Notes: generated by a model not told the origin, from the letters alone. Positions 51,151 to 62,242 are shown, counted from the first letter of the stretch. The stretch: 64,000 bases of DNA from an uncultured Methanoregulaceae archaeon (GCA_963841015.1 CAWJAX010000005.1:128001-192000); one strand, 5' to 3'. Numbers and translations: made by a program.

Positions 51151-52206
51151 TTACACCACCAGATATTCTGCTATCCTCTCGGACGGAAGTTTCGATTCCT
51201 TTCCTCTGGCAAGCGCCCGGAGATTAAAGACTTCATACTTTTTCTTTTCCAGGTAAACAAGGATGGGATGAATCGAGAACGGGTTGCGCTTCGACAAGCG
51301 CTCCATCTGTTCCAGTTGAACACGGGTCAGCCTGCTCTCAACATCATGTATCACTTTTTCACTTTTCAGCTCATCAAGGAGTGATATTAAGAGATTGTTA
51401 CGAATTTTTTCTTTGAGCTGATCGATAAACTCGGCCTGGTCGCGAACGGTATTTAAATTTGTAAAATCCGCAGCAGAAAGAACGCCACCGGCAATATACA
51501 TCTCACGGGCGTCTTCCTCAAAAGTGTCCATTCGCAACCGGAAGAGAGTCTTGATATTCCGGATGTCAATATCAAACCTGATGAAATCGAGGAACTGGTT
51601 TCCTCCTTTGATTCCGCTTTCTGCTTCCGCAATAATCTCAGAGAAGAACTGTTTATAGAGCTCATTTTCCATCCGGGAGAACGAGCCGCTCTCTTTGGCA
51701 GCCGGGTACTCACGGGAGATGACCATGTATATCCGGTTCCCTTTGAGGGCTTCGATGATCCTTTCGGGATTGTCTTCTGCCAAAAGACGGTCGAGGGTGT
51801 CCCGATCCAGACTACCCGCCGGAACTAAGATCTCCTTGATCTTCCCCACCTTCTCTCCCTGCATCTTGCCCCGCAGGATGGTGAGAACGTTCTGGATATC
51901 CCAGCGGCGGAGATATGAGCGGGTGAACTGTTTTAAGTTTCCCGGGGTGATCTCCAGGATCTTCTGGTATTCTTTGGCAAGGTTCCAGCTCAGGGCAACT
52001 TCTATGAGGTCGATCCCTTTAAAGACCGTGCTCAGCTCATCGATCTCATCTTTATATTCAGTTTCCTGGATAATACGGGTGATTTCCGGGAGGCTCATAT
52101 TGAGCATCCTCATGTACTCCTCGCGGGGAATGAGCTTCGATTTTCTTACCCGCATCCTGGTACAAACGTAAATGTATGGTGCAAAGACACTTTTCACTGC
52201 AACCAT
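51151..52206 (-). CDS. atpC: A1Ao ATP synthase subunit C
   Basis: Y..TRMRVRKSKL...WDIQN...EVFNLRALARG, operon position. Confidence 0.93.
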   Translation of the reverse strand: MVAVKSVFAPYIYVCTRMRVRKSKLIPREEYMRMLNMSLPEITRIIQETEYKDEIDELSTVFKGIDLIEVALSWNLAKEYQKILEITPGNLKQFTRSYLRRWDIQNVLTILRGKMQGEKVGKIKEILVPAGSLDRDTLDRLLAEDNPERIIEALKGNRIYMVISREYPAAKESGSFSRMENELYKQFFSEIIAEAESGIKGGNQFLDFIRFDIDIRNIKTLFRLRMDTFEEDAREMYIAGGVLSAADFTNLNTVRDQAEFIDQLKEKIRNNLLISLLDELKSEKVIHDVESRLTRVQLEQMERLSKRNPFSIHPILVYLEKKKYEVFNLRALARGKESKLPSERIAEYLVV

Positions 52207-52218
52207 CGTCGTACCCCC

Positions 52219-52797
52219 TTAACCAAACAGGATGTCAGATGCATCTTTCAACCCGGATTCCCACACCTTTGCAAGGAATGTGCGGTAACTGTAATCAATC
52301 TGCAATTCTCCTCCATCACCTTCCACAAGGACTCCCCCGTCGATATCGACGGGTGTCCCGACTTTGAATTTGGCAAATTCAGGAGTCTCAGAGATGACAG
52401 CTTTGACGGCTGCCATATCCCGTTTGTTGCAATAAATTTTACCTTGTGAAATCTCCTTATGTGCCTCGGTGAGGAGTTTTTTGATGGCTTCGCGATGGAA
52501 GCTTTCAGGGAGACCGGCAATCTCGATTAGCACTGTTTCGTAAACTTTATCGAGCAGTTCCTTCTGTGTGTTTAGGAGCTCCCGTTTGACAAGCAGGTTG
52601 GCTGCAGACGCTTCCTGATCGATGATATGCGTTGTCTGCTTGACTGATTCTGCCTCTGCCGTGAGTTTGATCTCTCCGGCACGCTTCCCGGCTGCTGCAA
52701 GGATTTGGTCAGTTTCCTGCTTTGACTCTGCACGTATCTTTTCTGCTTCCTTTTTGCCTTTTTCCCTGATTTCTTCAACAACGGCTTCCAGTCCCAT
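52219..52797 (-). CDS. atpE: A1Ao ATP synthase subunit E
   Basis: MGLEAVVEEI...DIDGGVLV...DYSY, operon position. Confidence 0.92.
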   Translation of the reverse strand: MGLEAVVEEIREKGKKEAEKIRAESKQETDQILAAAGKRAGEIKLTAEAESVKQTTHIIDQEASAANLLVKRELLNTQKELLDKVYETVLIEIAGLPESFHREAIKKLLTEAHKEISQGKIYCNKRDMAAVKAVISETPEFAKFKVGTPVDIDGGVLVEGDGGELQIDYSYRTFLAKVWESGLKDASDILFG

Positions 52798-52810
52798 TGT
52801 CTGCCCCGAT

Positions 52811-53083
52811 TTAGAACAACAGCAGGAGAGCGACGACAAGTCCGAAAATGACGATTGTTTCCGGAATGACCGTAAGGAGCAGGACAAGCCCGAACACGTC
52901 TTTGTTTTCCGCGGTTGCACCAACTGCTGCAGAACCTATCGCCATTTCAGCGATACCTGAAGCAATACCGGTTAATCCAACGGCTAAGCCTGCGCCAATA
53001 GCCTTCATTCCCATCTGCGATGCCTTCATCAATTCAACATCTGTAATTACTGATGCTGCTGCTGCTACAACTTCTGCTGCCAT
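52811..53083 (-). CDS. atpK: A1Ao ATP synthase subunit K (c), single hairpin
   Basis: Two TM helices with IPETIVIFGL ion-binding Glu. Confidence 0.95.
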   Translation of the reverse strand: MAAEVVAAAASVITDVELMKASQMGMKAIGAGLAVGLTGIASGIAEMAIGSAAVGATAENKDVFGLVLLLTVIPETIVIFGLVVALLLLF

Positions 53084-53085
53084 TT

Positions 53086-55056
53086 TTAATCCTCCGTAAA
53101 TCTTCTATTAAATCCAAACGGATTGTACTTTTTGCCTCCACCTTTGTAGAATTTGGTGAAGAATTCAACATAATGCAACCTAACTGAATGCAGACCGCTC
53201 CCGAGAATACCAAGTGCCAGGTTCAGCGCCTGACCTATCACAAAGACGGCAACACCCAATATAATAAAGAGCACTCCTGTAATCGTAATGTTTTCCAGCT
53301 GCGGTTCTATAAGCATCCCAATCGAGATGTAGTTCACCACCATGGCTATTGCCACGGAAGAAAGTCCCACGGCGACAATACGAGAGTACGAGAGCACGTG
53401 ACTGATAATCGTTGGAAGTTCAACAAGCTCAAGCCCGGAATCCCGTGCGATGAACAATACACCGGTAACCAGCATCACAGCACCAATGATTGCTGCAATG
53501 TTCAGATTCATAATAACCGGTGGAAATTTGGTTAAGTCAGGCATATATGGCATCTGAACAATCGACCAGATCATCACAAGGATACCCCACATAACTAAGA
53601 GCCATCCAAAATTTGCCATTACCGCTTTTGTCCGGTGATCCCCATGATCCTGGCGTGCATGGTTGATCATCCCAAAAACACGCCCAAGAGTGATGTGCAG
53701 GAGACCAATCCAGATCGCGAGAATCATAAGTTCAGGAATTTGCGGACCATGTCCTGTTGCATGGGCACCGATATTCAAGTGCCGGCTGAAAATGATGGGT
53801 CTCCACGGGAGAGGAAATCCCAGAAATTCAGCAAAGAGCAACCCAAAGATGATACTTGAGATACTCGCATTCCTGAGTACAACAAGCAGTTGAGTACCCT
53901 CTTCCCCTTTAAGGTACTTCCGAAGCACCAGACTCATCGCAAGAAGTATCAACCCATATCCCACATCTCCCAGAATCAGCCCGAAAAAGAGGGGAAACAC
54001 AATAGAGAGTGTGAGCGTTGGATCGAGTTCTGTGTATTTCGGTCGGGAGTATACGTCCATGAGCATCTGTGTTGGTTTTGCAAACGACGGGTTATGATAC
54101 TCAACGGGCACTGAATCGTGTTCTGGATCCTTGGGAAGCACGGTGAAAAAGATTTTCCCACCTGTCGCATTTTCAAGTGCCGGGCGTATTGTTTCAACAC
54201 TCACCGAGGGTACCCAGCCTTCTGCAACGAACGTCTCATTGGTCGTTGCAAACCGCAAAGGTGCCTCGGTTTTTTCTACCTGGACTTTTAAAATTTCCTC
54301 ACAGGCAACCAGAAACCCGGCATGTTTTTCTTTTATTCCATCCAGTTTCCGGTTAATCTCAACAGTCTCCTTTTTGAGGAGTACGATTTGTTCGTTGTAG
54401 AAATTTATACGACCCTGAGGATCGCCTGACTCCTCAGGAATGGGGACTGCCTGGTATCCCGCTTCCTGCAATACACCTTCGACAACACTCCTTTGTCCGA
54501 CCGGCACTATCACTACTATGAAATGTTTGCCTTTCCCTTTCGAAAAAAACATTTCATGAGGACCGGGGACGGATACCTCTTTTGCGACATATCCGGCTAA
54601 AACGACAAAGTTCGAATAACCGCGGTAAAGATCGAGATCGCCGGGAATTCCTACAAAGGGAGAGATCTCGGCAATCTTTTGTTCGTACTCTTTAACTTTT
54701 GTATCAAGCTTCGAACGTTTGCCCGTGAGCTCTTCAACCTCCTGCTCAATTGCAGGGAGTTCGCGTTCAATCAGACCCTGAAGTGCTGACTGATTTTGTC
54801 GCTCCTTCACCTCAAAATCATCGCTGCGGATTGAAAATGCATTCTGAATCGTACGTATCTTTACAAGATCACCGGATGCTTCACTAGCTCCCGATAGGGG
54901 TGTGCCGATTTTAAAGCCTTCATAGCCTTGTGCTCCCGCTTCAACAAAGTCCTCAATATGAAACAGGCGATGACGATACAATTCCGAAATAACCGGAGCC
55001 ATCTGATCTTTTGAAGCGACAATGAGCAACCTGCTCATCTGCTCAGGCTTTAACAT
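53086..55056 (-). CDS. atpI: A1Ao ATP synthase subunit I (a)
   Basis: EGWVP, P.Y.ELDPT, GDVGYG, LSYSRI, HSVRLHYVEFF.KFY.GGG. Confidence 0.96.
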   Translation of the reverse strand: MLKPEQMSRLLIVASKDQMAPVISELYRHRLFHIEDFVEAGAQGYEGFKIGTPLSGASEASGDLVKIRTIQNAFSIRSDDFEVKERQNQSALQGLIERELPAIEQEVEELTGKRSKLDTKVKEYEQKIAEISPFVGIPGDLDLYRGYSNFVVLAGYVAKEVSVPGPHEMFFSKGKGKHFIVVIVPVGQRSVVEGVLQEAGYQAVPIPEESGDPQGRINFYNEQIVLLKKETVEINRKLDGIKEKHAGFLVACEEILKVQVEKTEAPLRFATTNETFVAEGWVPSVSVETIRPALENATGGKIFFTVLPKDPEHDSVPVEYHNPSFAKPTQMLMDVYSRPKYTELDPTLTLSIVFPLFFGLILGDVGYGLILLAMSLVLRKYLKGEEGTQLLVVLRNASISSIIFGLLFAEFLGFPLPWRPIIFSRHLNIGAHATGHGPQIPELMILAIWIGLLHITLGRVFGMINHARQDHGDHRTKAVMANFGWLLVMWGILVMIWSIVQMPYMPDLTKFPPVIMNLNIAAIIGAVMLVTGVLFIARDSGLELVELPTIISHVLSYSRIVAVGLSSVAIAMVVNYISIGMLIEPQLENITITGVLFIILGVAVFVIGQALNLALGILGSGLHSVRLHYVEFFTKFYKGGGKKYNPFGFNRRFTED

Positions 55057-55372
55057 GCAGCTGCTCCTTAAACCGCAAAATCAGCAGCTGCACTGCTTTT
55101 GGAAGGTTTTTTGAACCTTTTTCACGGATTGCTGCTGCCCGCTGATTGCCACTTTTTATGATTTCGGCGTGCTTGAGTGCCGCCTGGTGCCGTGCTTCTT
55201 CCAGTTTCAGCTTCTTGTATTGTTCAGCATTGCTCTGCGCTTTTATAATCAGATTATCAGACTCCAGCTCAACCTGAGAATGCCTGTGTTTTTTCTCTTC
55301 ATGGGCTGCCCTGATTGTTTTTTGGTAATCCTCTTCAGTTTTTTTAATGTCTCGTAGGACCTCAGTCTTCAT
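55043..55372 (-). CDS. atpH: A1Ao ATP synthase subunit H (G-like)
   Basis: Charged helical 109-aa first gene of the operon, GAGGAGG RBS. Confidence 0.85.
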   Translation of the reverse strand: MKTEVLRDIKKTEEDYQKTIRAAHEEKKHRHSQVELESDNLIIKAQSNAEQYKKLKLEEARHQAALKHAEIIKSGNQRAAAIREKGSKNLPKAVQLLILRFKEQLHVKA

Positions 55373-55483
55373 CCAACCCTCCTCTCACGGCAATACAATA
55401 ATTGGTGAAAAAAACAATATATGTATTGTTATTTACGCTCAAACGATTGTCCCTTACAGATGAATTTTTTTAAAATGGAGGTC

Positions 55484-55957
55484 TCAGAATAAATCCGTTT
55501 TTATCTCGTATTTTATATTTCTGGGCATTATGCCCTCTGGCAGAGGCGATATATTGACACCCTGTTCGCTTCTTTTAAGAGTAATACCTGCAAGCTCATC
55601 ACTTGAACAGATAAGGTGCTGTTCCGGGTGTGTCCCTCTCTGAATCGAGCAGCTGGTAAAAATTTCAGGCCCTACGGATACAACATAGGAAATCCGTCGT
55701 GACCCGGGATGATCTTTGGGTAATACCAATAATGGCACATGGTAGGTCCTCACAAGGTCAATGAGCATCATCGCTGGTTCAACAGCCCCGTCTTCAGGAG
55801 CGGAGACCACAATAAGGTCACCAGCATCAACACCCTGGCAATATTCATCGTGGGAGGTTTCAATGCAGAGACCAAATCTGTTCTTTACCAATGCAATGAG
55901 TAAAAAGGATTTCTTCCCTCTGATAAGCAGCAGCTCATCATCGAGGGAGAAAATCAT
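55484..55957 (-). CDS. Conserved hypothetical protein
   Basis: 157 aa with LPKDHPGS and RGTHPEQH motifs. Coupled to the upstream sORF. Confidence 0.7.
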   Translation of the reverse strand: MIFSLDDELLLIRGKKSFLLIALVKNRFGLCIETSHDEYCQGVDAGDLIVVSAPEDGAVEPAMMLIDLVRTYHVPLLVLPKDHPGSRRISYVVSVGPEIFTSCSIQRGTHPEQHLICSSDELAGITLKRSEQGVNISPLPEGIMPRNIKYEIKTDLF

Positions 55958-56109
55958 GCCTTAGCCACATCTTCTGACTGGCAGCTGGGACACATTGGTT
56001 TTTTACCGATACCTTTGAACCGCTCACCACATTCATTGCAGCGGTAATCCTTCCCTTGAACCCGATCCGGGGGGAGATCAATATCTACAGGTCCTCCAAC
56101 AGTACACAT
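55954..56109 (-). CDS. Small zinc-ribbon protein (51 aa, below the ORF-track cutoff)
   Basis: MCTVGGPVDIDLPPDRVQGKDYRCNECGERFKGIGKKPMCPSCQSEDVAKA*, GAGGTGA RBS, ATGA overlap. Confidence 0.75.
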   Translation of the reverse strand: MCTVGGPVDIDLPPDRVQGKDYRCNECGERFKGIGKKPMCPSCQSEDVAKA

Positions 56110-56304
56110 ATTCCGGTCACCTCACTACGAAGTCTGTGCGACATTATTTAATTCTATCTCATGAACACTTTCCTTTTTCACCTGTTGCTCTTCTTCCCCG
56201 CTCCAAAAAACCGGCACGATGAAAACATCCCACTACCCCAATTGAGAAATCCAATTAAAACGGAAAGGAATCCTAGTTCAGATGCTAAAAAATGGTAGCT
56301 GTTT

Positions 56305-56568
56305 TTAGATCGTTATCCCAAGAATATCAAGGAAAACAAGGATACAGACACCGGGAAGCCCGCCCACTGCGCAGATAATGATTGTTGCAAGGCTGTAGCC
56401 AAGATCGGGTTTGCCGATCCATTGCATGACATGGAAATAATTGAGGAGAACCAGTACAGTCAGTCCTAAAATTGCATTTATGACAAGGACCATCAGATTT
56501 TTTACAAGATAGTAAACGATTGCGATAGTAGCTACGACGAGAAGTATCGTAATAAGCATGTCACTCAT
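56305..56568 (-). CDS. BofA-like (pro-sigmaK processing inhibitor family) membrane protein
   Basis: LVINAILGL..L...N...L..SLATIIICAVGGLPGV BofA-like pattern. Confidence 0.72.
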   Translation of the reverse strand: MSDMLITILLVVATIAIVYYLVKNLMVLVINAILGLTVLVLLNYFHVMQWIGKPDLGYSLATIIICAVGGLPGVCILVFLDILGITI

Positions 56569-56585
56569 GATTTTTTCTCTTTTGT

Positions 56586-57869
56586 CTATTTCCCAATGAT
56601 ATGCTGCCTGTTTATTTTTACCGATGGAAGTATCATTGAACCGATCGCCCGGGATTCCTTGCTTAGTCCGGAGATATGCTGATGCAGATCGAACACATTT
56701 CCCGACAGCATTGCACTCCGGACAGGAGTGTCAAACTCTCCTCCCTCCATCCAGAATGCATTGGAAAGTTCAACAGAAAATTCACCGCTCATCGGGTTTG
56801 CCGTATGGGCACCGACAATATTGTGCACATAAACAACGCGATCATCAGCAACCTCATTGCGTTTCCCGTCGACCACAAAATTATGATGGCCTATTGAGGG
56901 TAAACCACCAAATCCACCCCGTTTTGCACTCGCGGTACTCTTTTTACCGAACCGGTATGCAGTTTTTAGATCATAGGCAAAGGTTTCCAGAATTCCCTCT
57001 CTGATAAAATCAACCCGTCGTGTCGGTGTGCCCTCGGCATCCCACCGCACACTCCCGTTTGCCCTTCCCAGAAGCGGATCATCATACATGGTGATCATCG
57101 GATCTGCGACGATTTTACCAAGAGATTGTGCAAGCCTGGATCGCCCTGCATGCACATTTCGTCCACTCAGCGCAGGTACAAATACATTCCCCAGAAGTTC
57201 CCCATAGGCAAGAGGTGAGAGGAGGATATCATACTCTCCTGTCGCGATTTCTTTCCCATTATCCGATTCCGCAGCAAAGAATGTCGCCCGCTCTCCTACA
57301 GAGATCGGATCGATCTTGTCAAAGAAGCTGGAATGATCAAACTCGTAGCCGGTAGATTGTCCGCGAATCGCTTCCAATGAAACAGAAACGCCGGTGTGTT
57401 TGTCGATATACCGGACATCCCTGCTGTTTGCAAGTGTCACCTGGGAAGAAGAAACTGACGCTGAACCGGAGGCTACTTCTGCCGGGTGTTCTGCTGCTCC
57501 CTCAAGCATCTTCTCAATCAGCTCGATAACAACTGCAGGTTTTACCAGGACCGAGTCATCAAACGAAAGCGGGACCTTCGAAAGCGGGGCCGGTTCCGGT
57601 AGTCCCTTCCACTCCTGCGGGGTCGCAAGTTTTCCACTGGCAATTGCAGCGTTCAGGCACTCCCTCCATTGGCTGACATCGTTTGTACTTGAGGATCCTA
57701 TTCTTCCTTTATGAATGGTCCGGATGCCAAGACCACAATCTTCTGTTGTTGTGGCAAGGTCCACCTTCTTTTGTTTCAGGTTAGCAGAGACTGAGGTTCC
57801 CGTAACGTAAAAGATTTCGACTTCATCGACGATTTTTTCCGCTTCGTGTATCAGTTGATCAATCCACAC
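56586..57869 (-). CDS. TldE/PmbA family protein (start uncertain)
   Basis: GLGIR, DDP...WDAEGTP, GAHTANPMSGEFS, SGNVF. No HExxH. Confidence 0.88.
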   Translation of the reverse strand: MWIDQLIHEAEKIVDEVEIFYVTGTSVSANLKQKKVDLATTTEDCGLGIRTIHKGRIGSSSTNDVSQWRECLNAAIASGKLATPQEWKGLPEPAPLSKVPLSFDDSVLVKPAVVIELIEKMLEGAAEHPAEVASGSASVSSSQVTLANSRDVRYIDKHTGVSVSLEAIRGQSTGYEFDHSSFFDKIDPISVGERATFFAAESDNGKEIATGEYDILLSPLAYGELLGNVFVPALSGRNVHAGRSRLAQSLGKIVADPMITMYDDPLLGRANGSVRWDAEGTPTRRVDFIREGILETFAYDLKTAYRFGKKSTASAKRGGFGGLPSIGHHNFVVDGKRNEVADDRVVYVHNIVGAHTANPMSGEFSVELSNAFWMEGGEFDTPVRSAMLSGNVFDLHQHISGLSKESRAIGSMILPSVKINRQHIIGK

Positions 57870-59190
57870 CACTGCCACCAACCACCGCATCACTTAAGAG
57901 AATATGGGGTGCTCCGTCGCTCACCGGAACACTCTGACCTCCCTTCCCGCAATATCCCGGACTCATGGTACGATTATTACCGCAGAGGGTGATCCCGTGG
58001 AGTGTTAAAAGAATTTCACCGGATAAAGAGACATCCCTCACCATTGTTGTACATTCCCCTTTTTCAATCAGGTAGCCATACTCCGCATTAAACTGGAATA
58101 TCCCCCGCCCGGGATCAACCTGACCTCCACGGGATCCTTTAAGAAAAATTCCATCCCGGCATTCTTCAAAGATCTCATGGTCCGTCGCATCTCCGGCTTC
58201 AATGAAAGTATTGCTCATCCTGACCAGCGGGGGTTCGCCCGGCATTGCACGGGCATGACCGGCCACACCATTCCCCACAGAAGAGAGCGTTTCAAGGTTG
58301 TGAAGAAATGCGTGGATGACGCCTTTTTTTATTATTTCTGTCCTGCACACTGCTACACCTTCGGCATCGACCGGATCAAAACCGAATTCGTGAATGCCGG
58401 GGTCATCAATAATGGTCAGGTTTTCATTCCCGATCTTCTGTCCGGTTTTTCCTTTCAGAACTGAGTTACCTTCCTTGATCAGGTCACCTTCACTTGCATG
58501 ACCAACTGCTTCATGGGCAAAAACACCCGCTAATTCCGGATCAAGTACCGCTCGCATCTTCCCGGATTTTGCTACCCCGGCATCAAGAAGAGCTACAGCA
58601 ATTTCAGCAGCCTTTTTACCTTGGGACTGCTGATGCCGGAGGTTGAATCCATGAATCGAATGCTCACGCTCGTATCCCATCTGGACATTCCCGTTCCGTG
58701 ATGCAACTGCCAGAACATTAAAGCCGGAACGGCACATTTCATAAGAATATTCATTTTCAGAACTATCAGTAAACCGGACATGTTCGATTTTTTCTATGAA
58801 ATTTGCCCTCCTGTTCACAACCAGGGGGTGTTTTGCAGCTGTTTCTATTCCGGAAAGGATCGATGATTTCTCCTCGATGCTTACATTACGGGGATCTTCT
58901 TTCATGGGCGGTACTGAGAGCATCCCGCGGGGGGCATCACCAAGGATAACATTTTCCTGGGTTATCCGGGCAAGTCTGCACGCGGACTCGAGAATCGCGT
59001 CAAATTTTTTGCCGGTACAGGGAGTATAATTATCAATCTGGAGGACTCCCCAGCCCGTTCCGCTCAGCACCCTGATCACTGCTTTATTGAAAAAAGATGA
59101 TCCTGCTGATTCCACGACACCGTTATCGATATCAATGTGGGTTACCTGCCCGGTTACATGCCGCAGATCATAATATTGTATGCCGGGCAT
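57859..59190 (-). CDS. TldD family metalloprotease
   Basis: AHEAVGHASEGD, RMSNT, CGKGGQSVPVSDGAPH. Confidence 0.92.
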   Translation of the reverse strand: MPGIQYYDLRHVTGQVTHIDIDNGVVESAGSSFFNKAVIRVLSGTGWGVLQIDNYTPCTGKKFDAILESACRLARITQENVILGDAPRGMLSVPPMKEDPRNVSIEEKSSILSGIETAAKHPLVVNRRANFIEKIEHVRFTDSSENEYSYEMCRSGFNVLAVASRNGNVQMGYEREHSIHGFNLRHQQSQGKKAAEIAVALLDAGVAKSGKMRAVLDPELAGVFAHEAVGHASEGDLIKEGNSVLKGKTGQKIGNENLTIIDDPGIHEFGFDPVDAEGVAVCRTEIIKKGVIHAFLHNLETLSSVGNGVAGHARAMPGEPPLVRMSNTFIEAGDATDHEIFEECRDGIFLKGSRGGQVDPGRGIFQFNAEYGYLIEKGECTTMVRDVSLSGEILLTLHGITLCGNNRTMSPGYCGKGGQSVPVSDGAPHILLSDAVVGGSGVD

Positions 59191-59195
59191 CGCAT

Positions 59196-61169
59196 TCAGG
59201 CCATTGTCTGGTTAATTGCAGGGAGTTCGGGAATTATTGCTGTTGACCTCATTGCCATCTTTTTAAGTTTGGTGAGGAATCCGGTCGCGTTTTCCGGGAC
59301 CAGCGCAAACTTGAGGACATCATCAATGGTGTCCATAGGAAGGATCGTGACAACTGATTTATATCGTTCTTCAATCAACACATCCCCAACATTCATCCGT
59401 GGAATAAGCACTGTTTTGATACCCGCTTTTGCGGCGGCTTCAATTTTATAAGTCACTCCGCCCACCGGAAGTACATCTCCCCGGACAGACAGGGAGCCGG
59501 TCATAGCAATATCCTGCCGTATCGGAATTCCCTCAATTGCGCTGATTACCGCAGTTGCAATGCTGATCGAGGCAGAATCTCCTTCTGCACCATAGGTACC
59601 AATAAACTGGATGTGGACATCCATGTTTTTGATATCTTTTCCGGTGAATTTTTTGATTAATGCACTGACATTTTTGATGGATTGCTGTGCAATTGATTCT
59701 TCATCTTTCAGCCAAGGCTCCTGTCGCTTTCCGGAAACACCGGTAGCAATGATCTGGCCGCTCTCTCCTTGTGCCGGGGTTACCTCTGCCATTATCGGAA
59801 GGACTGATCCGGCGTCATTTCCTGTCACCGCAAGCCCGTTCACCCGTCCAATGCGGGTACCTTCAACAATAGTCATCTCATATTCCCTGAGATGCTGGGT
59901 AATTTCATCGGAAACCTGATCCTCAATCGATCGTGCCGTGCTCTTTGCCGTTATTACGTGGACGGATGTCGTCAGGATAGCATTTTCCTGCCGTGCGATA
60001 TCACCCGCAACACGGATCAGTCCCCCCATGTCCCGCAGTTTTAACGTCAGGTGCCCCTTCCGGTTTGAGCGTCGTTTTGCTTCACGGAGGATTTCATCAA
60101 TCGCACTTTGATCAAAATGGGGGATTTTTCCGTCATTTTTCACTTCCTGGGCAATAAAGCGAATATATTTGCGGCGATTGTCCTCATTATCCTCCATACT
60201 CTCCGCCATATACACTTCATACCCATACCCGCGAATACGAGAGCGTAGTGCCGGGTGCATACCCTTGATTGCATCAAGATTTCCTGCAGCAACCATCACA
60301 AATTTGCAGGGTACTGGTTCAGTGCGGACCATTGCACCACTCGACCGTTCACTCTGCCCGGTGATAGGGAACTCTCCTTCCTGGAGCGCTGTGAGCAGGT
60401 TCTGCTGGGAGTGTGGGTCCAGCGTGTTGATTTCATCAATGAAGAGTACACCGCCATGTGCCCTGTGGATAGCCCCAACTTCAACCCGGTCGTGCGCCGG
60501 GGTTTCAAGTCCTCCACTCTGGAAGGGATCGTGCCGTACGTCACCAAGAAGGGCACCGGCGTGAGATCCGGTCCCGTCGACGAAGGGTGCAATATTTTTG
60601 GTATCATTGGTAACGAGGAGTTTTGGCACCATCGCCTCCTCCCGGGGAGTAGTGTACCGCAATGCCATGAAAACAAATGCGGCGGCAATGATTCCCATCA
60701 GCCACTGGTAAGTAATAAAGGAATAACCAATAATTCCAATAAGAAGGAGCATAAGCAGGGTGTTGCGGAACTGGATTTTTTTCTTTGCTTCTGCTTTATG
60801 AGCGGCAACAATCTGCTTGCCCCTACCCCCGGCAACAGTCCTGATCACCGGGTTATTGGCATCATCGGAATTAGGGTAGGCAAGAATATCCTGAAGGTCT
60901 TCTTTAGGTAATATTTCGGCCATTGCCTTGCCAAGCATTGACTTTCCCGTTCCCGGGCTTCCGATCATCATAACATGCCGTCGCTGGATTGCTGCCTTTT
61001 TAATGACCTCAACAGCATGTTCCTGGCCGATTACCTGATCAATCAGCTTCTCAGGTACATCGATCTGGGAGGATGTTGCTATTTCACTTTCAGTGTGCGC
61101 AGCCTCAGGTGTTGTAACCGGGGGTTGTACTGCCACGTTCTGCGGTGAAGATTGTTCAGAAATTTCCAT
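59196..61169 (-). CDS. lonB: Membrane-anchored ATP-dependent protease LonB
   Basis: [10 protein letters not shown] insertion, LFIDEI, EGDSAS, TGSL...PVGGV..K. No intein. Confidence 0.96.
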   Translation of the reverse strand: MEISEQSSPQNVAVQPPVTTPEAAHTESEIATSSQIDVPEKLIDQVIGQEHAVEVIKKAAIQRRHVMMIGSPGTGKSMLGKAMAEILPKEDLQDILAYPNSDDANNPVIRTVAGGRGKQIVAAHKAEAKKKIQFRNTLLMLLLIGIIGYSFITYQWLMGIIAAAFVFMALRYTTPREEAMVPKLLVTNDTKNIAPFVDGTGSHAGALLGDVRHDPFQSGGLETPAHDRVEVGAIHRAHGGVLFIDEINTLDPHSQQNLLTALQEGEFPITGQSERSSGAMVRTEPVPCKFVMVAAGNLDAIKGMHPALRSRIRGYGYEVYMAESMEDNEDNRRKYIRFIAQEVKNDGKIPHFDQSAIDEILREAKRRSNRKGHLTLKLRDMGGLIRVAGDIARQENAILTTSVHVITAKSTARSIEDQVSDEITQHLREYEMTIVEGTRIGRVNGLAVTGNDAGSVLPIMAEVTPAQGESGQIIATGVSGKRQEPWLKDEESIAQQSIKNVSALIKKFTGKDIKNMDVHIQFIGTYGAEGDSASISIATAVISAIEGIPIRQDIAMTGSLSVRGDVLPVGGVTYKIEAAAKAGIKTVLIPRMNVGDVLIEERYKSVVTILPMDTIDDVLKFALVPENATGFLTKLKKMAMRSTAIIPELPAINQTMA

Positions 61170-61393
61170 TGTGGAATATACCTCTTTATCACTAAGGTTT
61201 TCATATCAATTGTTGCATGATAGTTTAAGTACTTTCAGCTGATTGCATCGGACGGTGTCTTTGAGAATCTCATACACGAAAAATACATGAAAAAAATGTG
61301 TAAAAACCAATGCGCATAAACTACAAGAGCACTTATTGTATAATAAATCCAAAAAGAAAGAAACTCCGCCACCAAGGGGTTAGGATAGATACA

Positions 61394-62242
61394 ATGAAAG
61401 TAATCTGTACTGAAAAATCCCAAATACTTGCTACAAGCCTTGCCAGGGCACTGAAGACCTCAGTTGTTGAAGTAAAATATTCCCGTTTTCCTGATGGGGA
61501 GCAGTACCTGATTACCGGCGAACTGGATGATGAGACTATTATTGTCGGAAGTGTGGTGGATAATGACTCACTCGTCCAGTTAGTCCTGTTGATGGATGCC
61601 TGCGACAGCTCTGATAACCACCTTGTTTTACCCTATATGGGATATGCCCGACAGGACAAGCGGTTTTTGCCAGGAGAACCTGTCAGTGCACGAGCCGTTG
61701 CACAGGTGCTCAGCAGAGGGATTTTGGAAATTATTACCGTCAATATCCATGAACAGGAAGTGCTGAAATATTTTGGAGTGCCGGCAAGAAATATCTCCCT
61801 TGCCCAGGACATCGGTTCCTATATAAAATCCTTAAATCTCAGCAACCCCCTGATCCTCGCTCCTGATGAGGGTGCCCTCACCTTCGCAGAACACGTTGCA
61901 TCTGCAGGTGGATGGGATGTTGATCATCTCGAGAAGACCCGACTCAGCGGTGTTGAGGTGAAGATGGCCCCTAAGCAGGTATGTGCTGCATCGAGATCGG
62001 TCGTAATAGTCGATGATATCATTTCAACCGGCGGGACAATTGCAACCGCTTCGGGTATGCTCTACCAACAGGGGGCTAAAGATGTTTTCGCTGCTTGTGT
62101 TCATGGGGTACTTACCGGAGGTGCATATGTCCACCTTATGGCCGCAGGAATCCGCGATGTTGTCTGCAGTGATACCATTGAACGCGGGTGCAGTAAAATT
62201 TCAGCTGCAGACCGGATTGCTCAAACGCTAAAAAAAAGCTGA
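61394..62242 (+). CDS. prs: Ribose-phosphate pyrophosphokinase
   Basis: RFPDGE, PYMGYARQD, APDEGA, IVDDIISTGGT. Confidence 0.95.
   Translation: MKVICTEKSQILATSLARALKTSVVEVKYSRFPDGEQYLITGELDDETIIVGSVVDNDSLVQLVLLMDACDSSDNHLVLPYMGYARQDKRFLPGEPVSARAVAQVLSRGILEIITVNIHEQEVLKYFGVPARNISLAQDIGSYIKSLNLSNPLILAPDEGALTFAEHVASAGGWDVDHLEKTRLSGVEVKMAPKQVCAASRSVVIVDDIISTGGTIATASGMLYQQGAKDVFAACVHGVLTGGAYVHLMAAGIRDVVCSDTIERGCSKISAADRIAQTLKKS

Noticed and set aside
43682-60911. Long antisense ORFs (e.g. 43682-44521, 48006-49163, 60255-60911)
   Set aside because: They are shadows of conserved, codon-biased genes on the opposite strand and have no motifs.
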